From an uncultured Flavobacteriales bacterium (GTDB lineage: Bacteria; Bacteroidota; Bacteroidia; Flavobacteriales; BACL11), in assembly GCA_943788405.1 (NCBI GenBank), contig CALSQD010000002.1, positions 1,133,701 to 1,197,700 of the forward strand: a DNA stretch of 64,000 nucleotides, in the 5' to 3' direction. The notes beneath the pieces are model-generated. The model saw only the letters and a program-made list of their open reading frames with translations, was not told where the DNA came from and made no database searches. Below, piece after piece: positions 1 through 10,400 of the stretch. The position numbers and the translations under genes were made by a program. Numbering within the stretch: the stretch's first letter is position 1; each line of letters begins with the position of its first letter.

Positions 1-1
1 T

Positions 2-3000
2 GATGTAGATTCATGTCAAATAACTGTTTTTGATTTGCCAACTGCTGGGTTTACTGTGTTACCTGATTCCTCCTGTTTTGGACTAGATTCTACAAGATTT
101 ATTGCTGACATACCTACAAATAGTCAAAATGGTTCTGGTAACATAATAAATTGGACCTGGAACTTTAATGGAACTATTGAAGGACCATTTATTTCAGATT
201 CAAGAAATCATTTATTTGGAAGCCCAGGAAATAAGATTGTTAGTCTAATTTTAGAAGATGACAATGGTTGTACGGATATTTTCATTGATACAATAAACTT
301 AATACCTGGAAATACCGCAAGTTTTAGTTGGGATACTGTTTGTTTTGGGAACGCTACAGTAGTCAACGGTTCATTTAGTTCATCTGGAACAGATTTATGG
401 GAATGGGATTTTAATAATGATGGAATTACAGATGATTATGGGATATCTAGTTCATATACTTTCCCTTCAAATGGAGTATACCCTGTAACTTTAACTACTT
501 ATAAATACCTGCCAAATGATACATGTTCAGATTTTATTACTCTTAATGTATATATTTGGGATTTACCAGAACCTAATTTTACTGTTGCAGATTCTTGCTT
601 TGGAGATAAATCTGCTTTCATCAATCTTTCTAATCCAGGAGCAGATGCAAATCTATTGTCATCTCCATATAGTTGGGTTTTTTATGATAACTTGAACTCA
701 TACTCTACGAATATAAACCCAGAATACACCTTTAACTCTTGCGGAGCATTTTCTTCAAAATTAATAATTACTGACAACAACCTTTGTCAAGATAGCATCA
801 CTCTTCCTCTTACTGTTGCTTGCCCTCCAAGTTCAGGATTTATTTGGGACACTACAGTTTGCAATGGAACAGTAATGTGCTTTACAGATACATCTAGTGA
901 AGGTAGTAATAATATAAACCAATGGGATTGGACTATTGTTGGTGGTAGTTATCAATCTTCAAATCAAACTGTTCAAAACCCTTGTTATTTATTTGACAGT
1001 TGTGGGACAAATAGATTGGTAAACCTTAAAGTCACTGATGTTTTAGGCTGTATAAACGACACTACAATTTATGTTGATGTACATTGTAATCCAACAGCAA
1101 TAATCAACAATATAATTCCTGTATGCCAAGGAGATAGCACCTACTTTACAAACTCTTCCATTATTGGAGATGTACCCTTAACAAGTTTCTATTGGGATTA
1201 TGGCGATTTTAATTACAGCACTAACTATTCAACAGCAAATTTATATTCTTTATGTAATGACAACTATATTATCACACTTTCTATTACAGATGAAAATTAT
1301 TGTACTGATATTGATTCTTCAGTAGCAATAGTAAACTGTAATCCAATACCTAATTTTAATTATTCTATAAATAGCTGTCAAGGAGATAGCACTTATTTTA
1401 ATGACAATTCACTACCTGATTATCAATTTAATAGCACAACAACACTAACAAACTGGTATTGGAATTTTGATTCTTATTCTCATCTTTCTAATTCAACAAG
1501 TGATACTCTTGCCATCATGTATGATTCATGTGGTAATAATACTTTTCCAGTAAGCCTAACAGTTACAGATAGTCAATCCCCTGCCTGTTCCTCTACAGAA
1601 ACTAAACTTATAACAGTTCATTGTAACCCAGTTGCAATAATAACTACTGATACAGTCTGTCAAAACTTCCCAACTACTCTAAATAGCATATCTTTATCAG
1701 GAGGAACTGATAGTTTATCATTATGTAATTGGTCATTAATTGATGGTTCTTATGAAAACGGTTTCACACCAAATATGTGTAGCACTAGATATGACTTTGA
1801 TACATGTGGACAACAAAACTATATTCTTCTAACAGTTACAAATAATGCAGGATGTATAGATACTGACTCAATAATGCCATATATTTGGTGCAATCCAATT
1901 GCTGACTTTTCAATTAGTAACATTAGATGTAAAAACACACCCATTCAATTAAATAGTCAAGCTATAGGAATTCCTGCAACTATTGATAGTTGGTTATGGG
2001 ATTTTGGAATAAATTCAACTCCATCAACTTCAATACTTTCTAGTCAGGAAGTAATATACTCTACAATCTTTAACCCACAGAATATTACATTTATAGCTGG
2101 CGATATTAATAACTGTTACGACACAATTACAAAATTTATTAATGTCCATGAAAATCCAACAGCTAATTTTAATGCGACTAATGTATGTCACAGTCAACCA
2201 ACTGAATTCACAAATACAACTATGATTGCTGATGCAGGAATATTGAATTATTATTGGAATATGATCGGAAATGGAACTTATCAAAACACAACAAACTCAT
2301 CTTCAAAAAACCCATCTTACATATTTAACTCTATCCCTTCAAATGAAGGTGCATATGTATCTTCTATACTTATTGTTGAAGATAGTTTACTTTGCAGAGA
2401 TACAATTACGAAAATATCAGAAATACACCCTATACCAGAAATACAATTTATTGCCCCAGATATTTGTGAAGGGATTAATGAGATATTTATCAATACTTCT
2501 ATAATTCCTGGTGTTAATTGGGTGTTTAATGATGGACCTTGGTATGGAGATACGGTTTGGATATTTAACGGTGACTATCTAGATTATTCTACAGATAGTT
2601 TCTTTTTCAATAATTCTTATTCGCCAGGAGTTTACAACTTATCATTAAATATTGAAACTACATTTATAAGTGATTATAATAATCAACATTGTAAAAACAC
2701 ATATAATGAAGAAGTTGAAATATTAGTTATGCCTAAAATAGATCCTGATACAAATTGGACAAATAATCAATGTGGTACAGATGTAGAATTTACTTTCAAT
2801 GGCAACCCATCTAATGTACATAATTGGTCTTATTATATTAATGACCCACATAACTCCAATTACCCAATTACTAACACACACAACTTAAGTTATCAATTTA
2901 ATTACCCTGGAATATATTCTTTATTACAAGTTATTGAAAACAATAATGGTTGTTATGATTCAATAGTCGATTATCTTCATATCTACCCCTCACCTATTGC

Positions 3001-3922
3001 TAATTTCACACCAGACATCTATGGCGGATGTGAGGAGTTAGAGGTTAATTTTATCAATAATTCATTTATTCAATTTGATAGTCTCTATAATGGAGGGATA
3101 TCAGAAATTACCACATATAACTGGGTATTTGGGAACGGAGAAATATCTCCATTTGAATCACCTTCTATCCTATATAATACATTAAATGGTCAAATAAGTA
3201 ATTTTATACCTACTTTATATATTGAAACCGATTTTGGGTGTTCTGATTATTTAGAGTTAACAGACTCTCTTACTATTTATCCAACTCCTAAAGCAGAAAT
3301 TACCACACCAATCCTAAATATTGGCCCTGGAAAGTATTTATTTAACGGCCAAAACTCTAAGACATCAAGTGGAACAACTGCATCTCCTACTGAATTTGAT
3401 TATATCTGGGCTACCAATAATGATTCTATTTGGAATAAATTACCTACTCCAGATTTAATAAATTATCAATATCAATCTAATTCAAATTTTCAAGGTGGAC
3501 CTGAACCAATCTTATATGATGTATGTTTAATTCTAATAGATAAAGAGAGTCAATTCCAATGTTCTGACACATTCTGCATTAATCCTGGCTTATATGTTGA
3601 TTATTTTAAAGGTTTATATGTCCCTAATGCATTAGCACCAAACGGTAATTCTGGGGAGCCAGCATATTTTTTGCCAAAGGGTAAATCTTTAAAAGCATAT
3701 CACCTTGAAATATTTGACACCTGGGGTAATTTAGTCTGGGAAACTTCAGCTATAACTAAACTTGATGGAAAACCAATACACCCCTGGAAAGGAAATACTT
3801 TAGATGATAAGCCCCTATCTCAAGGTACTTATGTCTGGAAAATATATGCTAAATTTTCTGATGATAGTATATGGCCCGGTATTAATGGTAAAGCAACTGG
3901 TCCTATTTATTTAATTAGATAA
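2..3922 (+). CDS. PKD-like repeat surface protein with T9SS type B (gliding-motility CHU_C-type) C-terminal sorting domain; 5' end cut by the window edge
   Basis: The frame is open from nt 2 (DVDSCQITVFDLPTAGF...), so the listed TTG at 35 is not the true start. There are about 13 repeats of roughly 80-90 aa with the pattern C.G..T.F.D.S...I..W.W.F...NP.Y.F...G...V.L.V.D..GC.D. The C-terminus YVPNALAPNG...LEIFDTWGNLVWE...WKG...GTYVWKI...GPIYLIR fits the type B sorting domain. Confidence 0.85.
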   Translation, partial: DVDSCQITVFDLPTAGFTVLPDSSCFGLDSTRFIADIPTNSQNGSGNIINWTWNFNGTIEGPFISDSRNHLFGSPGNKIVSLILEDDNGCTDIFIDTINLIPGNTASFSWDTVCFGNATVVNGSFSSSGTDLWEWDFNNDGITDDYGISSSYTFPSNGVYPVTLTTYKYLPNDTCSDFITLNVYIWDLPEPNFTVADSCFGDKSAFINLSNPGADANLLSSPYSWVFYDNLNSYSTNINPEYTFNSCGAFSSKLIITDNNLCQDSITLPLTVACPPSSGFIWDTTVCNGTVMCFTDTSSEGSNNINQWDWTIVGGSYQSSNQTVQNPCYLFDSCGTNRLVNLKVTDVLGCINDTTIYVDVHCNPTAIINNIIPVCQGDSTYFTNSSIIGDVPLTSFYWDYGDFNYSTNYSTANLYSLCNDNYIITLSITDENYCTDIDSSVAIVNCNPIPNFNYSINSCQGDSTYFNDNSLPDYQFNSTTTLTNWYWNFDSYSHLSNSTSDTLAIMYDSCGNNTFPVSLTVTDSQSPACSSTETKLITVHCNPVAIITTDTVCQNFPTTLNSISLSGGTDSLSLCNWSLIDGSYENGFTPNMCSTRYDFDTCGQQNYILLTVTNNAGCIDTDSIMPYIWCNPIADFSISNIRCKNTPIQLNSQAIGIPATIDSWLWDFGINSTPSTSILSSQEVIYSTIFNPQNITFIAGDINNCYDTITKFINVHENPTANFNATNVCHSQPTEFTNTTMIADAGILNYYWNMIGNGTYQNTTNSSSKNPSYIFNSIPSNEGAYVSSILIVEDSLLCRDTITKISEIHPIPEIQFIAPDICEGINEIFINTSIIPGVNWVFNDGPWYGDTVWIFNGDYLDYSTDSFFFNNSYSPGVYNLSLNIETTFISDYNNQHCKNTYNEEVEILVMPKIDPDTNWTNNQCGTDVEFTFNGNPSNVHNWSYYINDPHNSNYPITNTHNLSYQFNYPGIYSLLQVIENNNGCYDSIVDYLHIYPSPIANFTPDIYGGCEELEVNFINNSFIQFDSLYNGGISEITTYNWVFGNGEISPFESPSILYNTLNGQISNFIPTLYIETDFGCSDYLELTDSLTIYPTPKAEITTPILNIGPGKYLFNGQNSKTSSGTTASPTEFDYIWATNNDSIWNKLPTPDLINYQYQSNSNFQGGPEPILYDVCLILIDKESQFQCSDTFCINPGLYVDYFKGLYVPNALAPNGNSGEPAYFLPKGKSLKAYHLEIFDTWGNLVWETSAITKLDGKPIHPWKGNTLDDKPLSQGTYVWKIYAKFSDDSIWPGINGKATGPIYLIR

Positions 3923-3923
3923 T

Positions 3924-5090
3924 ATGAAGAAACTATTACTCATATCTTTCTTATTAATATCTACTTTTCTTAAAGGGCAGGATATTTCATTTTCGCAATT
4001 TGACCTTAATATGTTATACCTGAACCCAGCTCTTGCTGGTTTTGAACAAGACTTCAGAATTTTAACCGCTAGACGAAATCAATGGGTTGGAATTGTAGAA
4101 AAATTTAACTCAAATATAATTGAGTTTAACTTAAGTAAAAACATAAAGAAAAGAAGAATATCTGGAGGTGAAATTAATTGGACTGGAGGAATTTATTTTA
4201 TAGAAGATAGAGCAAATAAGGTATTCAAGTCTTATAATATCGGTATTGTTCCTTGGACCTTTCACTTTCAATTACCTAAGAATATGTATATTAGTATGGG
4301 CTTACAAAATACATTAAGATTTAATAGTCTGGACTGGAATCAACTTGTTTTCTCTGACCAAATAAATGATTATAATGATAATGTAATTCCATCAAATGTT
4401 GAACTTCCTGCAATTTATAGTCAAAATTCTTTCCTTGACCCATCATTTGGCTTTATCATAACTAAACATTCTAATCTAAACAAAAAATCAAGTAAAACTT
4501 CATTTATCGGCTTTGCATGGCATCATCTATATCCTCCTATTCAGTCCTTTTATAACGACCAAAGTAATGTATCTAGAATACCTCAAAAATTTACTTTTCA
4601 TGGTCAATTTATAAGTGGTTTTAATGATGTAATTACTCAAGCTTTTAATTTTTGGAAAGTTTCATATAAACACACTATACAAGGTAGTAATGCTATACAA
4701 AAAGATGATGTCGGATTATCATTGTCTTTAGCAAATAGTATTCAGCTAGAAGGAGGAGTGTTTTATAGGGTTTCAAGAATGATAAAAGAACACTCGGAAA
4801 AAGCGTCATTAATGAGTGAATCAATTATACCAATGATTAGGATAAGAATAGGAATTGGAAATAATTTAGGAATGGAATTAAGTTATAGTTACGATTACAA
4901 TATCTCAAGACTATACAATATTAATACAGTTGCTACAAATGAAATTGCTTTAAATATTTATTATTTTAAAAGCAAACAAAGAATGTGTCCTGCTCAAGGG
5001 AAATGGGGAAACAATAGAAAATGGCAAAATGTGATGCTTAACCGAAAAGGTTATGGAATGAAACACAAGAAAAATAGATGGAATTGGTAA
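3924..5090 (+). CDS. PorP/SprF-family T9SS outer-membrane protein, probable cognate partner of the upstream type B cargo
   Basis: Signal peptide followed by the family N-terminal motif QDISFSQFDLNMLYLNPALAGF. ATG lies 1 nt after the upstream stop (TAA-T-ATG). Beta-strand-like alternation through the body. Basic 40-aa tail after YYFKSKQR. Confidence 0.8.
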   Translation: MKKLLLISFLLISTFLKGQDISFSQFDLNMLYLNPALAGFEQDFRILTARRNQWVGIVEKFNSNIIEFNLSKNIKKRRISGGEINWTGGIYFIEDRANKVFKSYNIGIVPWTFHFQLPKNMYISMGLQNTLRFNSLDWNQLVFSDQINDYNDNVIPSNVELPAIYSQNSFLDPSFGFIITKHSNLNKKSSKTSFIGFAWHHLYPPIQSFYNDQSNVSRIPQKFTFHGQFISGFNDVITQAFNFWKVSYKHTIQGSNAIQKDDVGLSLSLANSIQLEGGVFYRVSRMIKEHSEKASLMSESIIPMIRIRIGIGNNLGMELSYSYDYNISRLYNINTVATNEIALNIYYFKSKQRMCPAQGKWGNNRKWQNVMLNRKGYGMKHKKNRWNW

Positions 5091-5843
5091 TTAATTTATA
5101 ATTCTAGTTCCGAACAAAAATTTATCTCTCCAGTAATAAGGGTCATTTATTTTACTAATCATGACTCCTTTACTTGATGATGTATGGATAAACTCACCAT
5201 TACCAATACAAATACCTGCATGTGTTACTAATTTAGAAGTTCTGTAAGTATTTGTAAAAAATACTAAATCACCAGCCTTAATTTTATTGACATTAATAAT
5301 TATACTTCCATATCTAGCAAAATCCTGTGCAGTTCTAGGGATATTAGTTATTCCATTTGCTTGGAATGAAACATATAACAATCCTGAACAATCAATTCCT
5401 GAATGAGATAATCCTCCCATAACATGTTTTGTTCCTTTATAAGTTTTAGCTTCTTTTATAACTCTTTGCATATCCGAATAAGAAACTTTAAGTGATTGTT
5501 CTACACCTCCCTTCTTGAAAGATTTAAACTTAGATGATAAATTGGCATCACTTTTAATGTAATTTTCAAACTCAGTCAACTGAGAATTAAGACTTATTTT
5601 TTTTTCATTACTAACTACAGAAGGATTAGGTGACAAATCTAGGACTATTGCATCTTCTTCTAATTCTTCTATTGCATTTTTTAAAGAAGTTATTTTTGTG
5701 TTAAGCTTTTTATTCTCATTCTCCAAAGATTTTATTTCTTCAGTCAATAATTTATTTTCGCTTTTTAATAATTTAGAAGAGCTTCCGCATGAAGCTAAAA
5801 TTACAGAAATTAGAAATACTGTTATTAGTTTACTTTTATTCAT
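5091..5843 (-). CDS. NlpC/P60 (C40) peptidoglycan endopeptidase lipoprotein with N-terminal coiled coil
   Basis: Lipobox ILASCGSS. Heptad-like LKSENKLLTEEIKSLENENKKLNTKITSLKNAIEELEE. Catalytic Cys motif GIDCSGLLY and His motif THAGICIGNGEFIHTSS. Confidence 0.85.
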   Translation of the reverse strand: MNKSKLITVFLISVILASCGSSSKLLKSENKLLTEEIKSLENENKKLNTKITSLKNAIEELEEDAIVLDLSPNPSVVSNEKKISLNSQLTEFENYIKSDANLSSKFKSFKKGGVEQSLKVSYSDMQRVIKEAKTYKGTKHVMGGLSHSGIDCSGLLYVSFQANGITNIPRTAQDFARYGSIIINVNKIKAGDLVFFTNTYRTSKLVTHAGICIGNGEFIHTSSSKGVMISKINDPYYWRDKFLFGTRIIN

Positions 5844-7467
5844 CAGTTAATATTATTAATTCAACTCTTCTATTCTTTTCCCTTCCTTCTTCAGTATTAT
5901 TTGTAGCAATAGGTTCAGTCTCACCTTTCCAATCAATCTTCATTCTTAAATTTGAAATTCCTTTATTTGAAAGATATTCTTTCACAGCAGTAACTCTATT
6001 TTTTGAAAGTTCAAGATTATAATCTTCTGGAGCTTGCGAGTCAGTATGACCTAACATATAAATATTTAAATCATTTTCACTCATATACTCATAAACTTTA
6101 TTTAAGACAATCTTAGAAGAAGATGTTAAGATATATTTATCAGACTTAAACTTTACATCCATAAATGCTTTTTTCAAGTCAGAATCATTCTCAATTGTAA
6201 TATAAACTGTATCAGTAACTGTAATATAAACTGTATCAACATTTGAAGCTCCTTTAGGACAGCCATGATTTATAATTGGTCCTCTTTCTTTTGGACAATC
6301 ATCATATTTATCTTGTAATCCATCTCCATCTGTATCAGGACAACCTTTAAATATTGCTAATCCTGGCACCTCAGGACACTCATCCATTTTGTCCACAACA
6401 CCATCACCATCTTTATCTGGACAACCTTTATTAATTTTCAGCCCAAACTCATCAGGGCAATCATCTTCATTATCTCTTACACCATCCTTATCCTTATCTG
6501 GACATCCATTCAAAGCTAGTAAACCAGGTATTTTAGGGCAATCATCCACTTCATCCAAAACCCCATCACCATCTCTATCTCTTTGCTTAGTTTTAAACCT
6601 ATAAGAATATAATAATCCATGTGTTCCTGCAGATGGAATTCTTATACTTGAGGTAGTTATATCATAACTATAACCAAAACTTGATTGTCCATAATCAACA
6701 CCAAACAATGCAACAAATGCATCTCTAGTACGATAAGATATTCCTGCCCATAAAAATTCATGATAAACACCTCTAAAATTAATATCAACCTGAATAGGTA
6801 AGGCGCCTACTTTCTTTATCATTATTGAAGGAATAATTTTATTATTATTTGCTAAATTTATATTTGCTCCTCCATTAAGATAATAGTGATTTTCAAGTTT
6901 ATTGGCATTGCTGTTACTACTAATATTTAAAGAACTACCAATAATATTAGGCACTGATAAGCCAATAAAATAGTCAGAGTTATAATAGTAAGCAGCAATT
7001 GAGAAACTACTTCCATTTGCTTTATCTACTCCACCAAATAATGTTGGGTCAAAAATTCCATCATCTTCTAAAGTAATTTGAGAATTGTCAATTTTATATT
7101 GCATAATTGTAGCAGAAGCACCTAATGATAGCTTATTTTTAACTTTATCAGATATTAAATATGCTCCTGATATAGTTGCACTTATATTTGAAATAGGTCC
7201 AGTAACATCATTTACTATACTTAAACCTTTTTTATACTTATGATGATTTAAGTGGTTATAAGATATTGATTGAGTAGTTGGGGCTCCTTCAAAGCTACTC
7301 CACTGGTCTCTGAGCATTAAAGTTAACTTATTATCTTTTTCTTTACTTAAAGCTGCTGGGTTAATTACCACCTCATTTAACATGTATAATGAATAATGTG
7401 GTAATTGTTGTGCATAACTAAAAGTTGATGCTGAGGCTATAAGTAGTATTAAAATTATTTTTCTCAT
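5836..7467 (-). CDS. PorP/SprF-like beta-barrel fused to thrombospondin type 3 repeats and a C-terminal OmpA-like peptidoglycan-binding domain
   Basis: N-terminal AQQLPHYSLYMLNEVVINPAAL (PorP/SprF motif). Four D.DGDGV.D..D.CP...G...GCPD repeats. C-terminal GHTDSQ...NLELSKNRVTAVKEYL...NRRVELIIL (OmpA_C). The start overlaps the upstream stop as TAATG. Confidence 0.85.
   Translation of the reverse strand: MRKIILILLIASASTFSYAQQLPHYSLYMLNEVVINPAALSKEKDNKLTLMLRDQWSSFEGAPTTQSISYNHLNHHKYKKGLSIVNDVTGPISNISATISGAYLISDKVKNKLSLGASATIMQYKIDNSQITLEDDGIFDPTLFGGVDKANGSSFSIAAYYYNSDYFIGLSVPNIIGSSLNISSNSNANKLENHYYLNGGANINLANNNKIIPSIMIKKVGALPIQVDINFRGVYHEFLWAGISYRTRDAFVALFGVDYGQSSFGYSYDITTSSIRIPSAGTHGLLYSYRFKTKQRDRDGDGVLDEVDDCPKIPGLLALNGCPDKDKDGVRDNEDDCPDEFGLKINKGCPDKDGDGVVDKMDECPEVPGLAIFKGCPDTDGDGLQDKYDDCPKERGPIINHGCPKGASNVDTVYITVTDTVYITIENDSDLKKAFMDVKFKSDKYILTSSSKIVLNKVYEYMSENDLNIYMLGHTDSQAPEDYNLELSKNRVTAVKEYLSNKGISNLRMKIDWKGETEPIATNNTEEGREKNRRVELIILTDE
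6196..6238 (-). repeat. Direct tandem duplication with a 24-bp period inside the linker of the PorP-OmpA fusion gene
   Basis: tgtaatataaactgtatca occurs at 6196-6214 and again at 6220-6238. It encodes TDTVYITV TDTVYITI. Confidence 0.8.
6255..6585 (-). repeat. Four tandem thrombospondin type 3-like calcium-binding repeats (coding)
   Basis: DRDGDGVLDEVDDCP / DKDKDGVRDNEDDCP / DKDGDGVVDKMDECP / DTDGDGLQDKYDDCP, each followed by a ..G....GCP spacer. Confidence 0.7.
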
Positions 7468-10400
7468 TATCTTTTAATTGTTACTGTTCCGTTAAACACT
7501 TTATCTGACTCATTTAAATCTATTATATAATAATATGCTGCAGTAGGTAAATCAACTCCATTAAACTTTCCATCCCAAGGCTTATAATATCCTTTAGAAC
7601 TATATATCTCTTGCCCCCACCTATTATAAATTTTAACAACTACATCTTGAAAATCACTCAAACCGTATATCACCCATTCATCATGAATATTATCATTATT
7701 TGGTGTAAACCCTGATGGAATTTCAACACACCCATTTAAACCATCAAAACTGACATCAAAATATTTTATTGGCAATGTACAACCTTTGGAATCTGAAACA
7801 CTTAATGAATACTGACCTTTTGATAAATAAAATATATCAGCAGTAGTTTCTCCTGTACCCCACTGATAATAATAAGGTGCTGTTCCTCCAATAACCATTG
7901 TTGTAATTGCACCATCATTTTTTTCTTCACAACTAGCAAGTTGAATGTCATAATCTAGAAAAATAGCTTCAGGTTCAGCAACAAAGTAAGAATAAGTCAT
8001 TTCACAATTATTAGCATCACTAACTATTACCTCATAATTTCCAGCAGTAAGATTATAGATTGAAGATGAAGATTCATTATTCGACCAATTGTATGTATAT
8101 GGAGGTGTACTTCCAGTTAATGTAAAATCAATCACCCCAGTTGACTCGCCATTACAACCTTCTATATTAGTAATGATAACAGAAGTAGAATACCCAATAG
8201 GTTGATTTAGTGTAACTATTTCTTGCTTTTGACATAAACTTGCATCTTGAATAACTACATCATAATTATTAGATTGTAAATCATAGAAATTATTTGAGCT
8301 CTGATAAGTTGCTCCTCCATCAATAGAATAACTATAAGCTGGAGTACCCCCAGAAACTGAGATAGAAACCTCACCTTCATCTACATTGTTACACACTAAA
8401 TCGGTTAAGGTAATTGTATAAGAAATTTCAGTAGGCTCATTCACTGCTATAGTTGTAAGTGGAATTGAACAGTTATTTATATCAGTGACAGTTATATCAT
8501 AAGAACCTACAGGTATATTTTGCAAATCTTCATTAGATGTTAAATTAGACCAATCAAAATTAAAAGGTGATGTTCCTCCAGTAACAGTAATGTCAATTTC
8601 ACCATTACTCTCTCCAAAACATGCAACATGAGAAACAATTGAAGTTAGTTCAAGTAAATCTGGTTGATCAACATCATAGTTATAACTGTCTGTACAGCCA
8701 TTATCATCTGTTAAATTTAATGTATATGTATCAGCATCTAACCAATTAATATCTGATGTAGTTTCACCATTTGACCATGACAATACATAAGGTGTAATCC
8801 CTCCAGTTATAGAAATATCAATTTCTCCAGTTCCATCTTCAAAACAAGAAAGGTTCGTTATTACCTCACTCACAATGATTTCATCAGGAGAACTAACATT
8901 TATATTCTCAACCAATTCACAATCATTTGCATCAAATATTGTTACTTCATAATAACCTGAACCAGCTCCAATTAAATTTTGAGTTATTGCTCCATTACTC
9001 CATAAGAAAGAATAACTAGGAGTTCCTCCACTTACACTCAAAATGATTGTTCCAACATCACCAAAGCATAATAAATTAGGTGAAGTTAACCCAGCTGTAA
9101 TATTTGTTAAAGGCTCAGAAACATCTAATAAATTAGAAGTGATTTCACAATCATTTGCATCTTTTACAATTATAGAATAAGAACCAGCAATTAAATTATC
9201 AAAATATGCTTGTAATTGAAAATTAGCACCATTATCAATTGAATATTGATATGGAGAAACTCCTCCTTCTACTTCTAAATGAATTTCTCCTGTAGCATCA
9301 CCTTTACATAATACATCAACAATACTATCAGATAACACTAACTCTTCAGGTTCTTCTATAATAATAGTATCTATTATAGTGCAATTATTTGAATCTATTA
9401 CAGAGTAAATATAAACACCAGCAGATACAGTATCTATTAATGTAGAATCTGGAATTACAATATCCCAAGAAATAAAATAAGGCACTACTCCACCAAATAA
9501 ATCAATATCAATTAAACCATCAGAGCCACCAAAACAACTAACATCTGCTGAACTTGCTGTTGCAAACAATGAATCTGGTTGAGAAACCTCAATATTTGAA
9601 GAATCTAAACTACATCCGTTCGCATCAGTAATTGTAACATTGTAAAAACCAGATGGTAATGAATTAATTCCTGAGGTAGTTTCTGTATTAGACCATAAAT
9701 AATCTAAAGGTTGAACTCCTCCATTAAAATTGATTAGTGAAATAACCCCATCCTCATCACCATAACAGCTATTATGGGTAACTTCTACATCTTCAAAATA
9801 CATTGAATCTCCTGGTTCAACATAAAAATTAAGAGTATCCCTACATAGTCTTTCATCAATCAAAACTAACTCAAATGTATCTGAACAGAGATTAGAGATA
9901 ACAGTATCATTACCTCCATTACTCCAATCATAAATAAAAGGAGGACTTTCCTGATTAAGCAATTGAACCGTAATTTGACCCGTGCAACTATTATAACAAC
10001 TATCATTAATTATCCAGTCCTGAATAACAAAAGAATCCCTCTCAATTAAAGGAATTAAAACTGAATCAATACAATTATTTGCATCAGTAAATTTAATTTG
10101 ATAATCTGCAGGGCACAAATCATTATTAGTAATTGTATCAGTAGTATTAAAAATATTTCCTCCTAAACTCCATTCAGTTAAGTATGGAGCTTCACCACCT
10201 TCAATTGTTACAGATAACTGACCATCACAAATTTGATAACAAGCACTATCAATAGTTATATTACTTAGCTTAAGAGTATCAGGATTAATAATATCAACTT
10301 CATTTGTATCTAAACATCCATTTGCATCAGTTATAAAAACTGTGTTAACTCCATAACAAAGATTATTTGCCGTATCATTTGCTTGACCATTATCCCAAGA

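Noticed and set aside
5597-5605. Homopolymer tracts as phase-variation switches: T9 in the NlpC/P60 gene and A9 at 11121-11129 upstream of the 1195-aa adhesin.
   Set aside because: Runs of 8-10 A/T are frequent throughout this AT-rich window, including in terminators. Without population data they are not evidence of programmed switching. Only the A10 in the orphan sulfotransferase is noted, and at low weight.
6389-6604. 71-aa Ser/Pro/Leu-rich ORF on the plus strand.
   Set aside because: It is the mirror image of the Asp/Gly-rich TSP3 repeats of the minus-strand gene, so it is an artefact of repeat composition.
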